A DNA stretch of 64,000 nucleotides from Pyrinomonadaceae bacterium (GCA_046313635.1 JBKBYA010000013.1:13425-77424); one strand, 5' to 3'; positions 32,074 through 42,628 are shown, numbered from the stretch's first letter. Translations and numbers: made by a program. The notes: generated from the sequence alone by a model not told the origin.

Positions 32074-33183
32074 ATGTACAAGCAGATCGGCATTCTGACC
32101 GGCGGCGGTGACGCACCGGGGCTCAACGCGGTGATACGGGCCGTGGTGCGGACGGCTGTGCGCGAGTTTGGAATGAAGGTGGTCGGCATCGAGGACAGCT
32201 TTGAGGGCATCCTCGGCGAGCCTCACACGGTCAACCTCACGACGGCGTCGGTAAGCGGCATCCTGCCGCGCGGCGGTACCATCCTCGGCACGCGAAACCG
32301 CGGCAGCTTTGTCAAGATGGTCGACGGTCAGCCGGTGTTTCCCGAAATGCCGATCGGCGAGGCCCTCGCCAATCTCGACATTCTCGGCGTCGAGGCGCTG
32401 ATCGTCGTCGGCGGCGAAGGCACGCTCGCGATCGCCGAGCAGTTTCACAAGCGCGGCTTCCCGGTGATCGGCGTGCCGAAAACGATCGATAACGATCTCG
32501 CGGCGACGGAACTCACGTTCGGATTCATGACCGCGATCGACATCGCGACCGAGGCGCTCGACCGGCTGCACACGACCGCGGCCTCGCACGACCGCGTGAT
32601 GATCCTCGAGGTGATGGGCCGGCACGCCGGCTGGATCGCGCTGCAGGCCGGGCTCGCCGGGAGCGCGGACATCATCCTGATCCCCGAGATCCCGTTCTCG
32701 TTCGAGTCGCTGATCAAAAAGGTCGAAGAACGCGAAAAGTCGGGCTCGCGTTTTACCAACATCGTCGTCGCCGAGGGCGCCATCGAGGTCGGAAAATCCG
32801 AGATCTATTTAGACGCGGGCCTCCGGCTCGGCGGCATCGGCGACTACGTCCGGCGCCGCGTCGAGGAGCTTACCGGCAAAGAGTCTCGCTGCGTGGTGCT
32901 CGGCCACCTTCAGCGCGGCGGCAGCCCGAACGCATTCGACCGGATGCTCGGCACAAGCTTTGGCACCTGCGCCGTGCGGGCCCTATCGGGCGGCGAGACC
33001 GGTAAAATGGTCGCTCTGCAGGCCGGACAGGTCATCACCGTGCCGCTGTCGGAAGCCTGCGCAAATCTCAAGACCGTGCCGGTCGAGGGTCAGCTCGTCA
33101 GGACGGCGCGCGACATCGGCATCTCGTTCGCGGCGCCGAACGAGGCCGACCTGCACGCCGCGCCGGCCATCGGCGGAAGATAA
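32074..33183 (+). CDS. pfkA: 6-phosphofructokinase
   Basis: TGGGDAPGLNA, GGTILGT, VPKTIDND, EVMGRHAG, LGHLQRGG. Confidence 0.95.
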   Translation: MYKQIGILTGGGDAPGLNAVIRAVVRTAVREFGMKVVGIEDSFEGILGEPHTVNLTTASVSGILPRGGTILGTRNRGSFVKMVDGQPVFPEMPIGEALANLDILGVEALIVVGGEGTLAIAEQFHKRGFPVIGVPKTIDNDLAATELTFGFMTAIDIATEALDRLHTTAASHDRVMILEVMGRHAGWIALQAGLAGSADIILIPEIPFSFESLIKKVEEREKSGSRFTNIVVAEGAIEVGKSEIYLDAGLRLGGIGDYVRRRVEELTGKESRCVVLGHLQRGGSPNAFDRMLGTSFGTCAVRALSGGETGKMVALQAGQVITVPLSEACANLKTVPVEGQLVRTARDIGISFAAPNEADLHAAPAIGGR

Positions 33184-33204
33184 GTTCAGCGTTTCATTTG
33201 TCCT

Positions 33205-33672
33205 ATGGAGGAAGTAAAAGCAAAACTGCAGGCCGAGCTGGCCTCGCTCGAAGAAGAGCTCCATCACAAGCTGCCGAAAGAGATCCAGAAGGCACGCGAA
33301 TTCGGCGACCTGCGCGAGAACGCCGAGTACAAGGCCGCGCTCGAACGCCAGTCGATCGTGCAGGCCCGCATCCGGCAGATCCACCTGCGGCTGAGCGAGG
33401 TCAAGTCGATCGATCTTTCAAAGATCCCGACCGACCGCATCGCCTACGGTTCGCGCGTCGTGCTGTACGATCTGGATAAGGACGAAAAGGTCACGTACGA
33501 GCTCGTCACGTCTGAAGAGAGCGCTCCCGACAAGGGGTTGATCTCGACCGTCTCGCCTATCGGGCAGGCCCTGATGGGTAAAGAAGAGGGCGATACCGTG
33601 AAAGTAAAAACGCCGACCGGCTGGCGTAACTTCGAAGTTAGCCGGATCACCACGATCCACGAAAAGGAGTAA
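33205..33672 (+). CDS. greA: Transcription elongation factor GreA
   Basis: GDLRENAEYKAA, ISTVSPIGQALMGK. Confidence 0.92.
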   Translation: MEEVKAKLQAELASLEEELHHKLPKEIQKAREFGDLRENAEYKAALERQSIVQARIRQIHLRLSEVKSIDLSKIPTDRIAYGSRVVLYDLDKDEKVTYELVTSEESAPDKGLISTVSPIGQALMGKEEGDTVKVKTPTGWRNFEVSRITTIHEKE

Positions 33673-33736
33673 GTACCGTCGGCGGCCGGTCGATCGCCGG
33701 CCGCTCTCTCACCGCCGGAGCTGAACGAGAACCGAG

Positions 33737-34372
33737 ATGCTGGGAGCAAGCATAGGCCGCGGTGCGATGAGCATCATCAACGCGATGGTGCGCGGGCTCG
33801 CGTCGGCGGGCGTACATCCGAATATCCTCACGTCGATCGGCGTGACGATCAATATCGGCTGCGGCGTGCTTTTCGGGCTGGGCGAATTTTTCTGGGCCGG
33901 CATCGTGCTGATCGTCGCGAATCTCTTTGACATGCTCGACGGCAGCGTCGCACGCCTGAGCGGCAACGTCACCAAATTCGGCAGCTTCCTCGACTCGACG
34001 CTCGACCGCCTGTCGGATATGGTGGCGTTTGTCGGGATAATGATCTTTTACGCGGGCAATTCGCCGCAGCACTCGCTGCTCAACGTCTTTCTCGCGGGCG
34101 TCGGACTGATGGCCTCGGTGCTGGTCAGTTACGCGACGGCGCGGTCGGAGGGACTGGGAGTAAAGGCGAACGTCGGCTTTCTGCAGCGGCCCGAACGGGT
34201 CGTCCTGCTGATCATCGGAGCGCTGTCGACGTGGAACTGGGAGTCGCAGAGCTTCTTTGCCAACCGGATGCCGCAGGTGCTGTGGGTGCTCGCCGTCGGA
34301 TCGGTCTGGACGCTGATCCACCGGATGTATTTTATCTGGAAGGAATTTGACAAGCTCGAGCCGCGGGCTTGA
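33737..34372 (+). CDS. CDP-alcohol phosphatidyltransferase
   Basis: DMLDGSVAR..FGSFLDSTLDRLSD motif. Confidence 0.92.
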   Translation: MLGASIGRGAMSIINAMVRGLASAGVHPNILTSIGVTINIGCGVLFGLGEFFWAGIVLIVANLFDMLDGSVARLSGNVTKFGSFLDSTLDRLSDMVAFVGIMIFYAGNSPQHSLLNVFLAGVGLMASVLVSYATARSEGLGVKANVGFLQRPERVVLLIIGALSTWNWESQSFFANRMPQVLWVLAVGSVWTLIHRMYFIWKEFDKLEPRA

Positions 34373-34381
34373 TGCGACGCC

Positions 34382-34816
34382 GTGCCGATGCTGGAACTGC
34401 TGATAAACTTTTGGTCCGCCCTGACGCTGCGTGACGTCTTGCTCGGCGTCGGATTGTTTTTGCTCTCGCTGGCGGCGAGCTTTGCGGCCATCGTTTTTGT
34501 GATGGTCAAGATACCGCCCGAGTATTTCAGCGTGCATCACCGGCGAGAATTCTTGCCGGGCAAGGTCTGGTACGTCCGCTACAGCGCGGTGATCGCAAAG
34601 AACGTTCTGGGAGCTTTCCTGATCGTGCTCGGGATACTGCTTTCGCTTCCCGGCGTGCCGGGGCAGGGGATACTGACGATCCTGCTCGGGCTGATCATGC
34701 TCGACATTCCGGGCAAGCGGCCGCTCGAGGCCAAGATCATACAGCGGCCGGCGGTGCTCACGGCGGTCAACAGGCTGCGGGCGCGTTACGGCAAGCCGCC
34801 GCTGATCATGGACTGA
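34382..34816 (+). CDS. PGPGW-like membrane protein
   Basis: KNVLG..LPGVPGQGILTILLGL..PGKR; start may be ATG 34388. Confidence 0.75.
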   Translation: MPMLELLINFWSALTLRDVLLGVGLFLLSLAASFAAIVFVMVKIPPEYFSVHHRREFLPGKVWYVRYSAVIAKNVLGAFLIVLGILLSLPGVPGQGILTILLGLIMLDIPGKRPLEAKIIQRPAVLTAVNRLRARYGKPPLIMD

Positions 34817-34825
34817 CGGATCGAT

Positions 34826-35110
34826 ATGTCTTTGTTCAAGAAGTTTCGGCGAAAGAGCGTGATGACCGACGCGGATCGCCGCTCCCACCTTCGAGCGGTC
34901 GGGCGCATCACCGACGGCATCATCATCGACTGCGACGAGACGCCGAAGGGCGAGATCGTCTATTACGTCTACACGCTCAACGGCGTCGACTTTGAATCGT
35001 CTGAACTGCTCAGCGAGGAGCAGCGCCGCGACCCGCTCAAGTACGCGCCCGGCGCAAAGGTGGGCGTGCGGTACGACCCGAAAAATCAGGGGAATTCGAT
35101 GCTGGAGTGA
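34826..35110 (+). CDS. Hypothetical protein (DUF3592-like)
   Basis: GRITDG..YVYTLNGV..PGAKVGVRYDPKN. Confidence 0.7.
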   Translation: MSLFKKFRRKSVMTDADRRSHLRAVGRITDGIIIDCDETPKGEIVYYVYTLNGVDFESSELLSEEQRRDPLKYAPGAKVGVRYDPKNQGNSMLE

Positions 35111-35274
35111 GGGTTGGTTGTTTGTTCGTGGTTCGTTGATCGTGGTTCGTTGTTCGTTGTTCGTGGTTCGTTGTCAACCTGCGAACAATCAGCGATGAGC
35201 CACGACCGATTTACTACGAACAACAAACGACGATCAACGATCAACGATCGACGATCAACGAACAGCCCCGAACA
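35111..35274. repeat. Inverted heptamer array (TTCGTKG / CAACGAW)
   Basis: TTCGTGG TTCGTTG ATCGTGG TTCGTTG TTCGTTG TTCGTGG TTCGTTG ... CAACGAT CAACGAT CGACGAT CAACGAA. Confidence 0.9.
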
Positions 35275-35280
35275 AGTCCT

Positions 35281-36780
35281 ATGTTCAAAAAGATCCTTAT
35301 CGCCAATCGCGGCGAGATCGCGTGCCGCGTGATCCGCGCCTGCCGCGAGATGGGCATCGCCGCGGTCGCTGTTTACTCCGATGCCGATCGTGACGCGCTG
35401 CACGTGCGGATGGCAGACGAGGCGTATCACATCGGCCCCGCCCCTTCGGCCGAGAGCTACCTCCGGGTCGAAAAGATCATCGCCGCCGCGAAACAGAGCG
35501 GGGCCGAGGCCATCCATCCCGGTTACGGTTTTTTGTCGGAGAATGCCGCATTTGTCCGCGCGGTCGAAGAGGCCGGGATAAAGTTCATCGGTCCGCCCGC
35601 CGAAGCGATGGAAAAGATGGGCGGCAAGATCTCGGCCCGCATCATCGCGATCGAGGCCGGCGTGCCCGTCGTGCCCGGCACGACCGAACCGCTCGGTTCG
35701 TTTGAAGAGGCAAAGAGCGTCGCGGCCGAGGTCGGCTATCCCGTTATGCTCAAGGCTGCGGCCGGCGGCGGCGGCAAAGGTATGAGGCTGGTCGCGTCGG
35801 AGGACGAGCTTCGCTCGGCTCTCGACACCGCGCGGTCGGAGGCGGCGTCGAGCTTTGGCGACAGCTCGGTCTACATCGAAAAGGCGGTCGTCAGGCCGCG
35901 GCACATCGAGATCCAGGTCTTTTCGGACGAGCACGGAAATCACGTGTATCTCGGCGAGCGCGAATGCTCGATACAGCGAAGGCATCAGAAGGTGATCGAA
36001 GAAGCTCCGTCGCCGATAGACTCGGCCGAGCTCCGCGCCGCGATGGGCGAATGCGCCGTCAAGATCGCGCAGGCGGTCGGCTATGTCGGCGCGGGGACGG
36101 TCGAGTTTCTCGTCTCGGACGTTGACCGTTCATTATACTTTCTCGAGATGAATACTCGCCTGCAGGTCGAGCATCCCGTGACAGAGCTCGTTACGGGCAT
36201 CGATCTGGTTCGCGAGCAGATCATGGTCGCGGCGGGTAAGGAGCTGTCGTTCAGGCAGGAGGACGTCAGACTTAACGGTCATGCGATCGAGTGCCGGATC
36301 TACGCCGAGGACCCGGAGAATAACTTTTTGCCTTCGCCTGGCCGCATCGCACGTCTGAGGATCCCGCAGGGTCCGGGCGTTCGCGACGACGGCGGCGTCT
36401 ATGAGGGAGCCGAGGTGTCGATCTTTTACGATCCGATGATCTCGAAATTTGCCGTCCATGGCCGCACACGGGCGGAGGCCGTCGAGCGAATGCGCCGGGC
36501 TCTGGCCGAATACGAGATCGGCGGGATCAAGACGACGCTGCCATTCTTTAGGCTGGTGATGGACGACGCAGAATTTGTCGCCGGCCAGATCGATACCGGT
36601 TTTATCCCGCGCTTTCTCGAGCGCATGAGGCTCGGACGGCCCTCGGGAGCGGCCGAGCTCGCCGACGTCGCGGTCCTGGCGGCGGCGCTCGCGACAACGA
36701 GAGCCTCGACCGACATGGATCAGCCCGTCGCTGCCACGAGAAGGCGTCTGAGCGAATGGGTCACGGCGATCAGAACTTGA
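35281..36780 (+). CDS. accC: Biotin carboxylase
   Basis: KILIANRGEIA, IHPGYGFLSEN, GGGGKGMR, ERECSIQRRHQK, EMNTRLQVEH. Confidence 0.93.
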   Translation: MFKKILIANRGEIACRVIRACREMGIAAVAVYSDADRDALHVRMADEAYHIGPAPSAESYLRVEKIIAAAKQSGAEAIHPGYGFLSENAAFVRAVEEAGIKFIGPPAEAMEKMGGKISARIIAIEAGVPVVPGTTEPLGSFEEAKSVAAEVGYPVMLKAAAGGGGKGMRLVASEDELRSALDTARSEAASSFGDSSVYIEKAVVRPRHIEIQVFSDEHGNHVYLGERECSIQRRHQKVIEEAPSPIDSAELRAAMGECAVKIAQAVGYVGAGTVEFLVSDVDRSLYFLEMNTRLQVEHPVTELVTGIDLVREQIMVAAGKELSFRQEDVRLNGHAIECRIYAEDPENNFLPSPGRIARLRIPQGPGVRDDGGVYEGAEVSIFYDPMISKFAVHGRTRAEAVERMRRALAEYEIGGIKTTLPFFRLVMDDAEFVAGQIDTGFIPRFLERMRLGRPSGAAELADVAVLAAALATTRASTDMDQPVAATRRRLSEWVTAIRT

Positions 36781-36919
36781 CCCGCCGGGCGGCGGGATGT
36801 GTCGGGCCCGAAATGGATCTCGGCGTTCGCCGCGCCGAAAAATGGCTGACGCTGCGAACGCCGAGTTTCTGCCCGCTAAGATCAGAGTTTTTCTACCCCT
36901 GATCTATCGTCGTTCTTAT

Positions 36920-37855
36920 TTATCGTCCGCCGCCCGACGCGATGAAATCGACGTCCGATATACTCTCGCGCAAAGTGAAGCTCCTCTCCGGAGAAGCAAA
37001 CTCATGCCCCTTGCTCGATACCGTCAAGACATAAAAGTCGTCGGTCATCACATCGTCGAACCGGTAGCTGCCGAAATTGTTGGTCACGGCGGAGCGCACC
37101 TCGCCCGTATTCATATTGCGAAGCGTCAGCCGCGCTCCTTCGATCGGCGAGCCGGCCTCGGTCCTCACCTGGCCGCCGATCGTCGCCGGGGCCGCCGTTA
37201 CGCCCAACCCTGAATTTGTGAAGGTGCAGACGACGGTCTCGCCGGCCTGCAGATTGATGGTCGCCGGGCCGACCGAGTTGCGGGTGGAATCCTGCGTCAT
37301 ATTCTCGACGCAATCGACGTTGACCAACGTCCAGCCTCGCGGAGAGTTCGTTTCGGTGACGGTGAGGGTCGCAGTCATGCCCGGCGTCACGCTGAGAGTA
37401 GCGGACCGGAAGTCCTGGCCCGGCCCCGAATTGTCGTCGACCAGTGAAAAGGATGTGACGCCAAAATTTGGCGACGCCGAAAAGCCGAACGCGACCGTCG
37501 ACGAACCCGTTCCGTCCGGAGTCACGACCTCCTTTCTGATCACGACCGTACTGCACTCGGGAGCACCTGAGTCACCCGTCGAGTCGGTCCTGCCAGCAAG
37601 TGCCTGACCTGCGTCAGAGGCCGCGCTACTTCCGCCGACAAAGAGGGAAGGATGGGTGTCGGTCGACCTGAGATGCGTCCAAAATGGGGCCGCTACGCGC
37701 GTATCCCATTTTAAGAAGCCCTTACTGTCAAGCCCCTCCTGCACCGCCGCTTGGCCGAACGCCAACGAGGCCCCAAAAAACAAAACCACGGCCAACGTCC
37801 CCAAACGCCCCGCGGTCAAACCTCCAAATGACAAATTAACGCGTGAAAGTAACAT
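36920..37855 (-). CDS. Secreted protein with C-terminal carboxypeptidase-regulatory-like domain
   Basis: Signal-like N-terminus; Ig/prealbumin-like domain; TAAPATIGGQV..TNNFGSYRF C-terminal domain. Confidence 0.8.
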   Translation of the reverse strand: MLLSRVNLSFGGLTAGRLGTLAVVLFFGASLAFGQAAVQEGLDSKGFLKWDTRVAAPFWTHLRSTDTHPSLFVGGSSAASDAGQALAGRTDSTGDSGAPECSTVVIRKEVVTPDGTGSSTVAFGFSASPNFGVTSFSLVDDNSGPGQDFRSATLSVTPGMTATLTVTETNSPRGWTLVNVDCVENMTQDSTRNSVGPATINLQAGETVVCTFTNSGLGVTAAPATIGGQVRTEAGSPIEGARLTLRNMNTGEVRSAVTNNFGSYRFDDVMTDDFYVLTVSSKGHEFASPERSFTLRESISDVDFIASGGGR

Positions 37856-38102
37856 GTCTAACCCCCCAGTGTTCGATGAATTACCGATGACAGTTTCGGG
37901 CCGACCTTCGCGTCTGGATGATTCGCAGCTTCCTGCCCGACCTGACTCGTAGATTCACTATATCATCAATAAAATCGACTTCCGAATATTTGGCTGAGTG
38001 AGGGTTCTTTGAGACTTTGCACATGAGCGGAAGCGGTACGGTTCCGACGGGGTCAGCATCCCTGACGCCAACGGCGTGGGTGGGTACCAATGACAACATA
38101 AA

Positions 38103-38300
38103 CGTAAACCTCGCCTAATTGTTACCAGTCTAAACGGAAGTTTTCGGGTCGATGAGAACTGGTCTGTGCGATTCGCTTGGAGGAGCTCCTCCGAGCGAAT
38201 AGTGCGGACGGCGATGGTTGTAGAAGTCTATCAATCGCGACGTCAGTCCTCGCACCTGGTCCAAACTGTCAAAGATGAACATATCGAGAATTTCCTGTCG
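38103..38300 (-). mobile_element. IS3-family transposase 3' remnant (integrase core tail)
   Basis: EILDMFIFDSLDQVR..FYNHRRPHYSLGGAPP; probable right end near CGTAAACC at 38103; rest of element absent. Confidence 0.75.
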
Positions 38301-38408
38301 ATGTGAAAAGCCACCACCCCCGATCTGCGCCAAAAAACAGAAAAAAATGAGGCCGCCTTTTCAGACAGCCTCTTTCTGATCAAGCAGGATAGCTAGCCTG
38401 CGTTACTT

Positions 38409-39863
38409 TTAATTATCCGACTTAGGGATGCTTGAGCGAAAAAGCGGCGTAGCAGCATTTTCACCGTTTGCTATGAAGTTCACATCCGATACACTCTCGC
38501 GAAGTGTAAAAGTCTGAGTCGAGTTGAAGAACGTGTAACCCTTACTTGTGACGCTAAGATTGTATACATCGTCCGTCATTACATCCTGGAACGTGTACCG
38601 ACCGAATGTATTCGATCGAGTGTAAAACGTCTCACCGGTCGACAGATTCGTCAGCGTGAGTAACGCACCACGGATCGCAACTCCTTCACTCGTCATTACA
38701 CTACCGGATATCTCCGCCGGAGCGGCCGTCGGAGTAAGGCGAGTGTTCTTGAAGATACACTCGGCTATGTTGCCCTCGAGCGGGTTGTACGTTACGGTCC
38801 GGGTATTAAAGTCCGTTGTAATCGTTCCAACAGCGCCCAAGCCTCCTGGGGAAATCGTACACGAAAGGTCCAATAGCGAGTAATTGAGCGGCTGGGGATT
38901 GTTTTCGGTCACCGTGTAGTTCACGCTAGATCCGAACGTCGTAATGTTATTGAACGTTGCGCTTCCGCCAGCCAACTCTGCGGGGTCGGTATCCATTAAT
39001 GAAAACGCGGATGGAGTAAGCCCCGAGGTGGTGAACCCGAAGCTTACAAAATTGTTACTGTACGACAGAGGGCTAGCGTTGTACACGAGTTTCGTGATTC
39101 TAAGAACGGCTGGGTAGATCACCGCCGCGGCTGCCAGCGAACGGTCCTGATTTCCGCCCGAGCCATCCAGGTCGATCACTCGAGTGTGATAAGGAGAGCC
39201 GGAGATAGCGATTGCCGAGTTATTAACGCCCCAGTCAATTCGAGTAGCGATATGGCCACCCCAAGCCAGGACAACAGTCGATTGCGTGGCATTGAATGTA
39301 ATTGTTATGCGCGTCGAGCTGTCGCCGGCGTAGCTGCCTGTCAGCGTATATGCAGAAAGGCTGGTGATCGAACCGCCCCACATTGAGAAATTTCCTGCAA
39401 TCGGGGTTACTCCGCCGCCCGTAACATTCGGATCAACTGGAATCGGGAAGTTAGTCGGAGACCCGCCGCATGGGGCAACGCCGCTGCAGGGGTCACTGCC
39501 AATATTCACTGTCCGATCCCAGCTAGTAAGATAGTCGATCGCGTGTTTTCCGCTTTTGGTGGTATCCCATCCGATCGTGAGTGAATGCGAGCCGAGGCTC
39601 AGGTTCGTCATCACGACGCGATACGGAATCGAGTCGCCCTCATAATACTTCGCCTGATTCGAATTTACGTTGCCGTTTTGCCATTGTGCGTTAAGACACG
39701 CCAGATCCCCATTAGATCCGTTTGCACATTGGTCAATGTCAGCTGCCGGATTGGGCATCAGCGATTGTGCAGATACGTCTGTGCCCGCAGCGGCCGCGAG
39801 AACCAAAATCGCTGAGGCGATCACCAATTTACTGAACAACATTTTTAACTGGGAAAACTTCAT
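38409..39863 (-). CDS. Secreted protein with C-terminal carboxypeptidase-regulatory-like domain
   Basis: AGGAGG RBS, signal peptide, beta-rich core, PTAAPAEISGSV..SNTFGRYTF C-terminal domain. Confidence 0.85.
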   Translation of the reverse strand: MKFSQLKMLFSKLVIASAILVLAAAAGTDVSAQSLMPNPAADIDQCANGSNGDLACLNAQWQNGNVNSNQAKYYEGDSIPYRVVMTNLSLGSHSLTIGWDTTKSGKHAIDYLTSWDRTVNIGSDPCSGVAPCGGSPTNFPIPVDPNVTGGGVTPIAGNFSMWGGSITSLSAYTLTGSYAGDSSTRITITFNATQSTVVLAWGGHIATRIDWGVNNSAIAISGSPYHTRVIDLDGSGGNQDRSLAAAAVIYPAVLRITKLVYNASPLSYSNNFVSFGFTTSGLTPSAFSLMDTDPAELAGGSATFNNITTFGSSVNYTVTENNPQPLNYSLLDLSCTISPGGLGAVGTITTDFNTRTVTYNPLEGNIAECIFKNTRLTPTAAPAEISGSVMTSEGVAIRGALLTLTNLSTGETFYTRSNTFGRYTFQDVMTDDVYNLSVTSKGYTFFNSTQTFTLRESVSDVNFIANGENAATPLFRSSIPKSDN

Positions 39864-40396
39864 TTTTAGCCCCTCCTAAGGTTGGCCCCGAAGCTACGAA
39901 CATCTCGAGGGCAGTTTTTACAAAGAATTATCTAGTACGTCTCCACGCAAGCTCCCCCGGGTGCAGCGCTCGTAGATCGCGACCCGGGTTCGCAAATATG
40001 AATTGGAAGTGTGTCGAACTGTTTAACATACCCTTTCGAGTGGCGTCAAGACATTTCCTCGGGGGATTGACGGTCCTCGCGAGGATCTCTCGAGCCCTCG
40101 GAAGCGGGCCGAATGCCCGAAAAGCTCTAAACGATTCGGAATGCCTATTCGCTGCATAAATCAAACAAAAGCAAACGTCTTAGCTTATTCGTGCAGCGAG
40201 CTGGTTAGTTCGTTTGACACAATATAGCACGAATCGAACGAAATTCCAGAAAAAAGCTCAGACCCCTAAAACGGCTAATCCAAACGGCGGCTGCCCCGGC
40301 CCCCGACTTCGCGAAGGCGTGTTTTGCAGGGCGTTCACTTTTGATTTGTCACTCGGTAGAAAGAGCCAATAGGCCAGGCTTCCAAGATTTGCGCGC

Positions 40397-40424
40397 AAAA
40401 AAAGGCAGGGCCGAAACCCTGCCT
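40397..40424 (-). terminator. Rho-independent terminator after S8 peptidase
   Basis: AGGCAGGG/CCCTGCCT stem with T-run on minus strand. Confidence 0.7.
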
Positions 40425-40463
40425 ATCACGCGGCATTCACCGCTCGTATTCAAACGACTGGTC

Positions 40464-42395
40464 TCATTCGCGATGCACGACGAAATCCATATCCGCGAGA
40501 TCTTGGAGCAGCATGAAGGTCCTCGACTCGGTGATCGGCGTCCCCCGCTTCGACGGTAGAACCGACAGAACGTAATATCGCGACACCGGAAGATCCTCGA
40601 AGGTGTAAAAGCCGAAGGAGTTTGAGATGCGGGTTACCGTCAGGCCCGTCTCCGTATCGAGAAGATTCAGGACCATACCCCGAACTCCCCGACCGTTCGC
40701 ATCGACCACACGCCCGGTCACAAAGGCCGAAGCCGCCGTCGGAGCGAGAGGCTCGCTTGTGTAAGTGCAGAGAATGTCTGCTCCGGGCTGAGCCACGATC
40801 GACGCCGTCTTGTTAGCCAGATCAAGAGACGCGTCGGCCGCCGTCGTGGTGCCGTTCAATGTCTGCGTACAGTCGATCGACGTCAGGCGGTAACCGTCAA
40901 CCGGAGACTCGGTGACAATGATCGGATTCGAGCTGCCGAAGGCCTGCACGTTCGCATCTTGATAGGTCGTGTTGTCGACCAGTGTAAATGTCGCAGCGGC
41001 AAGACGTGTCGCACTAAAAGGGAAAGCCGCTGTCGATGAGGTGCTGGTGCTATTCTGTAGGCGCTTTTTGACCGTTACGCGAGCGGAGCTTGGCGTCGGG
41101 CTGGGCGTCGGTGTGGCCGTCGGCGTCGGCGTCGGTGTCGCCGTCGGCGTCGGCGTCGGTGTGGCCGTCGGCGTCGGCGTCGGCGTCGGTGAGGTCGAGC
41201 TCAACCATGTATACAAAAGCAGATTGGGCGAGGCCGCATTGTTGGTGGTAAGCACACCGGTTGTCGCGGTGCTCCGAATGACCTGTGTAACTGTCGCAGC
41301 ACTGGCAGTCGGATTTGCCGACAAGTAGATCGCCGCGGCACCGGCCACCATCGGAGCCGCCATAGACGAGCCGCCCAGCGTATTTGTAGCCGTATCGCTC
41401 GACGACCATGTGCTGATGATCTGGTGGCCGGGAGCAAAAAGGTCAACGCAGGATCCGTAATTCGAATAGAGTGCCCTAACGTCGTTGGGGTCGGAAGCTC
41501 CGACCGTGATGGCCGCCGGCGTGCGTGCAGGCGTGAAGTTGCACGCATCGTAGTTGCCGTTGCCGGACGCGACCGAATAGACGATTCCCGAGTTAATGGA
41601 GTTTGTAAGAGCGGTCTCGAGCGCCGGCGACGAACCCGCTGCAGCTACGCTGATATTTGCGACCGCAGGCCTGACGGCATTGGTCGTCACCCAGTTGATA
41701 CCCGAGATCAAATTGGATATCTGGCCGTTGCCGTCGCACTGCATTACGCGCACGCCGTGAAGGTAGACGTTTTTTGCCACACCCCACGTAGCCGCGCCGA
41801 TGGTTCCCGCGACGTGCGTGCCGTGACCGTTGCAGTCAAAACCATTTTGGCCGTCGCCGACAAAGTCGACCGAAATGCTCGCGCGGCCACCAAACTCCAC
41901 GTGCGTCGGCCGGATGCCCGTGTCGATCACGTAGGCGTGCACGCCCGCGCCGGCTGAGCTGTAGCTGTACTGCGTATCGATCGGACGGTTGCGCTGGTCA
42001 ACCCGATCGAGGTTCCATGGAGCTCCGGTTTGGGTGGCGGTGATCGAAATATAACCGTCCTCCTCGATCGATCGGATGCTCGGATCGGCGGCCATTGCCT
42101 TGGCCTCCTCCGCTGACATCTCAGCGACAAATCCCTTGACGGCAGACGAAAAAACGGTCTTTACCGATCCGCCGTACAGCGAAACAAGGTAGAGACCTTG
42201 CGCCTCGACCTCCGGCTCGAGGGCCGCCGCTCCCGTTGTCTCCTCATCGAGAAGGATAATGTATCTATTTGGAACCGGTGATGCGGCGCGAACGACGTCG
42301 CTCTCTTTCTTTTGGGCTGAAGTCCCCGATGGGCCGATGGTCGCAATTCCGAGGACTGTGATGATAAATACCGACAGGATCCAAAACTTTGTCAT
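40464..42395 (-). CDS. S8 (proteinase K/aqualysin-like) serine protease with I9 propeptide, PT linker and C-terminal module
   Basis: WNLDRVDQR, IDTG, NGHGTHVAG, GSSMAAP; (TP)n linker; PTAASAFVTGRV C-terminal domain. Confidence 0.93.
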   Translation of the reverse strand: MTKFWILSVFIITVLGIATIGPSGTSAQKKESDVVRAASPVPNRYIILLDEETTGAAALEPEVEAQGLYLVSLYGGSVKTVFSSAVKGFVAEMSAEEAKAMAADPSIRSIEEDGYISITATQTGAPWNLDRVDQRNRPIDTQYSYSSAGAGVHAYVIDTGIRPTHVEFGGRASISVDFVGDGQNGFDCNGHGTHVAGTIGAATWGVAKNVYLHGVRVMQCDGNGQISNLISGINWVTTNAVRPAVANISVAAAGSSPALETALTNSINSGIVYSVASGNGNYDACNFTPARTPAAITVGASDPNDVRALYSNYGSCVDLFAPGHQIISTWSSSDTATNTLGGSSMAAPMVAGAAAIYLSANPTASAATVTQVIRSTATTGVLTTNNAASPNLLLYTWLSSTSPTPTPTPTATPTPTPTATPTPTPTATPTPSPTPSSARVTVKKRLQNSTSTSSTAAFPFSATRLAAATFTLVDNTTYQDANVQAFGSSNPIIVTESPVDGYRLTSIDCTQTLNGTTTAADASLDLANKTASIVAQPGADILCTYTSEPLAPTAASAFVTGRVVDANGRGVRGMVLNLLDTETGLTVTRISNSFGFYTFEDLPVSRYYVLSVLPSKRGTPITESRTFMLLQDLADMDFVVHRE

Positions 42396-42628
42396 TTTTG
42401 ACTTAACTCCGAGGAAGGTTTTTTAGAGAGGGGTTGGGAGTGCGAAGAGTTTTAGGGCGGATTTTGTCTCCCGTTTAACAAGGTACAACAAAGCCAAGCA
42501 CGGGTCAACGGTTTTTCCGTTCAATTTGAGGCTTCTCTCGGTCAAACTGACCGATTCGCTGTCGGATTGGAATTTAGGCGGAGCGGACGATAAGATTTAA
42601 GCCGCGAAGGGAGGTCGCCGGCATTCAA

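Noticed and set aside
41091..41192. GGCGTC-type tandem repeat
   Set aside because: Encodes the Thr-Pro linker of the S8 protease; ordinary coding low complexity.
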